DNA of 57,220 bases, counting the filler, from Dugesia japonica (taxonomy: Eukaryota), in the NCBI GenBank assembly GCA_001938525.1. It is 4 parts of 4 records of this genome, joined end to end, with 100 filler letters (N's around TTAATTAATTAA, not from the genome) between each part and the next. Parts side by side here need not be neighbours in the genome. Positions count along the whole stretch, not along the records: positions 45,345 to 57,220 come from MQRL01612485.1; 3 more parts are not named here. One strand, written 5' to 3'. How positions within the stretch are numbered: the stretch's first letter is position 1; each line of letters starts with the position of its first letter. Below are positions 53,616 through 57,220 of this stretch, piece by piece. The notes below the pieces were generated by a model. It was not told the origin of the DNA and searched no databases. It saw only the letters and a list, made by a program, of their open reading frames with translations. Made by a program: the position numbers and the translations under genes.

Positions 53616-54559
53616 TATTAGTACATTTTTTAGTAGACTTATTAAGATTTGCATAAAGCGAAAATATATATCCTATCGAAATGCATGCTTAATTCAATTA
53701 AAAAAGTAATACACTTAATGAAAATTCTGTTTACCTAATAAATCTGTGTATAATCTATTGACATATTACTTTTGAAAATTAAAATACTTATCAATAAAAC
53801 ATATAACAGAAAATAAAATACAGAAAAAATTAATAAAAACTTAATACATATTTTTGAAAATATTTATTCATGAAAATGGTCCATGATTTTCTGCTTATAT
53901 CCACTTATTCTCTATATAGTCACTTGTTTTCTGCATCTTCATCATATGGTGGTTACTGTTCCTTTATCACATCATCTTTAATAGTGAGATTGAACAGCTT
54001 TGTTAGTATTGATTCCATTTTAGTGATATAAGTATTAAAATTTAATCTACTTATATAAAGATTCAATCAATCATGTTATACTTCAATTTACCAATACATG
54101 TATACAAACCTAAAAGTATATATTAGTGTATGCTGTATTGAATATATTGTGTTACTGCTTAAATTTAAGTGATTTGTTATGAATTAATGAAAATCGGTCT
54201 ATTTCTATAAAATATGATTATACTTTGAAGAAATTGCTGTATAAAGACTGCGTATATTAGGTCAATAAGTAGTGAAATTGTTGTATGATTTATTGAAGTT
54301 GCTATTATTTATATGCTATCGATAAAGATTAATGAACGTAATGTATTTTTCTATATGAAACTCTTAATAAATTAGTAAAACTTATCATATTTAATGAAAA
54401 CAGTGTATCAAATACAACCTCGTACAACTCATGAAACCATTGAAACCTCTAAAATGCTATAAATACTTAGAAAACCATTCAATATTCTAAAGCCATTGAG
54501 TATCCAAAAGCTATAAAATATTCAGAAACCATATAATAATCTATTAAAATAACAAAAAC

Positions 54560-54700
54560 GTTTTTTATTTTTACCAAATTTTCGAATTTATCTTCTTCAG
54601 GAATTGTGATTGATTTATTCAATTTGAAGTTTAATATCAATTTTTTTAAAATTAAATCTTTTTATCCCGATTTTTATTGGATAATATTATTAAAAGTTAA
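54560..54700 (-). repeat. Penelope-like terminal-repeat fragment with a hammerhead-like core
   Basis: CTGAAGA-AGATAAATTC-GAAA on the minus strand; homologous to 22270-22415. Confidence 0.5.
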
Positions 54701-55245
54701 AAATTATATGGTTTAAATTTTTTGATTAAAATTTCTTCGTGTTTTTTTCTATGTAGTGCTGATATATAGTAGGAATCTATTATTTTTCATTTTATAATAT
54801 TGTAGTCAGCATGAATATTATAATCGTGCATGAAATTTTAATATACTTCACTCTCATTCTGTTTGATATGTTCTTTGTTTCTGGTTCTGATTGTTCTAAA
54901 GGGTTCGCCTATGTATGATTTGTTGCATATGGTACAAGTAATTTCATAAGTTACATTTTTTTATTACATATATTGCTGTTATTACATACGCATTTTGGCC
55001 CACATGAGTTATTTTATCATTTTAAATATATTTTGTTTAAATTCATTGTTTGCAATAAATGTAACCTTTTCAAATTTCCAAAATTTCCTTTTGTGTAAAT
55101 AAGCCAAATCGTTTAGAAATTGTTTAATATTATAAAGGGAAATGTGAAAACACTGTATATCATCTATCTAGATCAATAAAAATCATTAAATCTGATCGCA
55201 TTTCAATTTTTCGATCAACGGTAACCAGTAGCTCAGACGGTTAAT

Positions 55246-55415
55246 CTGAGCGTACTGGATTACTATGAGTTATCGAGAACCCCTCTTTACGATAATACAA
55301 AGTGAGTTAATATTTTGGATCAATAAATCCACAATAACCAGTAGAACAAATTAGTAACTTACTTTGAATTATCGCGAGGGAGGACTTGATAACTCATAGT
55401 GAGCTAGTGCGCTCA
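55246..55415. repeat. MITE-like inverted repeat (~65-nt arms)
   Basis: tgagcgtactggattactatgagttatcgag…gataatacaaagtgagtta versus taacttactttgaattatc…cttgataactcatagtgagctagtgcgctca. Confidence 0.75.
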
Positions 55416-55484
55416 CATATACCTACTTACGATAACTATATATACAACTAAGTGTTAGGATCGTTAAAATGCACAGAGCCGTTA

Positions 55485-57220
55485 AGTTTATTTTGATTTG
55501 TCTTCTTCAGGAATTGACTTTTTAGTTTATTAAATATTTATTCTTAAAATAGTAATTTTCTTTGAATTAATTTATTTTTACTAAATTTTAATTGGTTAAT
55601 TTTAATTTTTATTTAAATATAATTATTTAATTATTATAAATTCCATTTATTTTAGGATTGTCTTCTTTAATTAGTAGTTCTTCAGGTTTTTATGTAGTGT
55701 GGAAATGTAATGTTATGTTGTTCTGGTGAAATTTCATGTTTGTGTTGAAAGTGTTTGAAAAATTCACTTTCTTTTTGTTTCAAATGTTTCTTAATTTTTG
55801 TTCGTATAGTTCTGAACTCCTATACATGTTTCATGGCAAATGGTGCATGTTATTTGATAAGTGACATTTTTTATTGCATATATTCTTACCATCACAAATG
55901 CATTTGGGACCACAAAAGTTTTGTCTTGGTTTCTGAAATTGGATGCCCAAAGGTGCTTGCGATTTGAAAATAATTCTTGAATTGTGTTTGAGTTTAGCAT
56001 TTTTTATTATATTTTGCAAGATTTGACTACATTTTTCATGTTTTGTATTCAAAGATAAATATTTCGATATAATTTTATTTGGGTAGTTTTATTTTTTATC
56101 AGCTTGAGAGAAATCAATTTCATTTCTTCATTTAAAGATAGTCTCTCAGCTCGAATTCTTTCACTTTTAATTATACCGATTTTTTGGCTAATGGTCGTAT
56201 TACTACTCCAAGGTAATCTATGCCCACTGTGGAATGGTTTCATATATAATTAGGTAGTTAATATTTCACCAGATTTCTTTTGGATTAAAGTGTCCATAAA
56301 AGGAATTTGAAAGTCAATTGATTTCTCTAAAGTGAATTTAATGTTATCATTTATACTGTTCTAAAATGTTCTCCAAAGGAGAATTAGTTACAAAGAAAAT
56401 ATCATCTATGTATCTAAACCATAGATGAATTTTCTCGTTTGATTTAAGAATTATTTGATTTTCGATGAAGTTTATGAAAATTATCTCTAGAATTGGAGAT
56501 AAATTATTACCCATTGCAAGACCACCTTTTTGTTTAAAAAGTTGTTCACCGATGAAAATGCTATCAAAGAAGAGACACAAATTGATAAGACATTTGAAAT
56601 CATTTTTGCTAATCTCTGAAATATCTGTATGTTCTTTGTATATTTTAAAGAAAACCACTTACAATATCAATGACATTTTCAGGTCCTTCAATTGAGATTG
56701 ATCCATATAAATTTGTTACATCTAATGAATCAAATTCATCTTCACTCTTACATTCATAATTTTTAATTCGTTCGATAAGCGCATAACTATTCTTTAAATG
56801 TGCCAGAATGAAACTTAATATTGGTTTTAATATATCTTTCATAAGTTTGCACAATGCAGTAGAAGGAGTGTCAGAAGCGTTTGCAATAGTTCTTACTTTC
56901 AATATTTCTTTGTGATCTTTAGGAACACAGTACATCGAGAATGGAACTGGTTCATGACATTTAACTGTTGAACGTAAAGATTTTATTGAGTCTTCATATT
57001 TTTCTGCTATTTGATTTAATTGTTTGTTGAATTTAAGTTCTTCTGTAATTGGTAGTCCTTTGTAAGCTATTGTTTCATAATTATTTAAATTTTCCGAAAA
57101 GAATTCATTGTATGTTTGTTCTGAAAGAGCTACCAATTTATTTGTTTTATCTGCTTGTATAATGATAATTGATTTTAAATTTTTAATTTCTTTAATAATT
57201 TGATTTTCATTACATTTTTT
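55485..57220 (-). mobile_element. Penelope-like retroelement (RT + GIY-YIG), frameshifted; 5' part beyond the window
   Basis: SLDVTNLYGSI, KQKGGLAMGNNLSPIL, WFRYIDDIF, FTLEK..IPFMDTLI, KNVTYQITCTICHETCIG; decayed hammerhead core at 55490-55516 downstream of the ORF. Confidence 0.92.

Noticed and set aside
55221-55300. tRNA gene
   Set aside because: Only a D-arm/A-box-like piece; no T-arm GTTCRA or cloverleaf.

Overview
Very AT-rich eukaryotic genomic DNA. The GT-AG introns (two of only 45 nt), long (ATT)n tracts and the transposon repertoire suggest a flatworm such as a planarian; this is inference. Two host genes are supported, both on the minus strand. The first is a netrin (laminin N-terminal domain, three laminin-EGF repeats and the start of the NTR domain; five exons found at 9171->1154; the 3' end probably lies beyond the left edge). 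The second is a two-exon SPT2/SPTY2D1 histone chaperone (31430->29919). Most of the rest is decayed transposable elements: several Ty3/gypsy LTR retrotransposons (including a gag-only derivative sharing an LTR with a near-complete copy), Penelope-like elements (RT + GIY-YIG) with minimal hammerhead-ribozyme motifs, and mariner, pogo/Tigger, hAT and non-LTR remnants, MITE-like hairpins and microsatellites. Three 100-nt N-TTAATTAATTAA-N linkers are assembly joins, so adjacency across them is uncertain. The most unusual signal is a pair of GC-richer small ORFs (13563-14052) downstream of a decayed gypsy pol, each with its ATG exactly 7 nt after a TTCAG splice acceptor.
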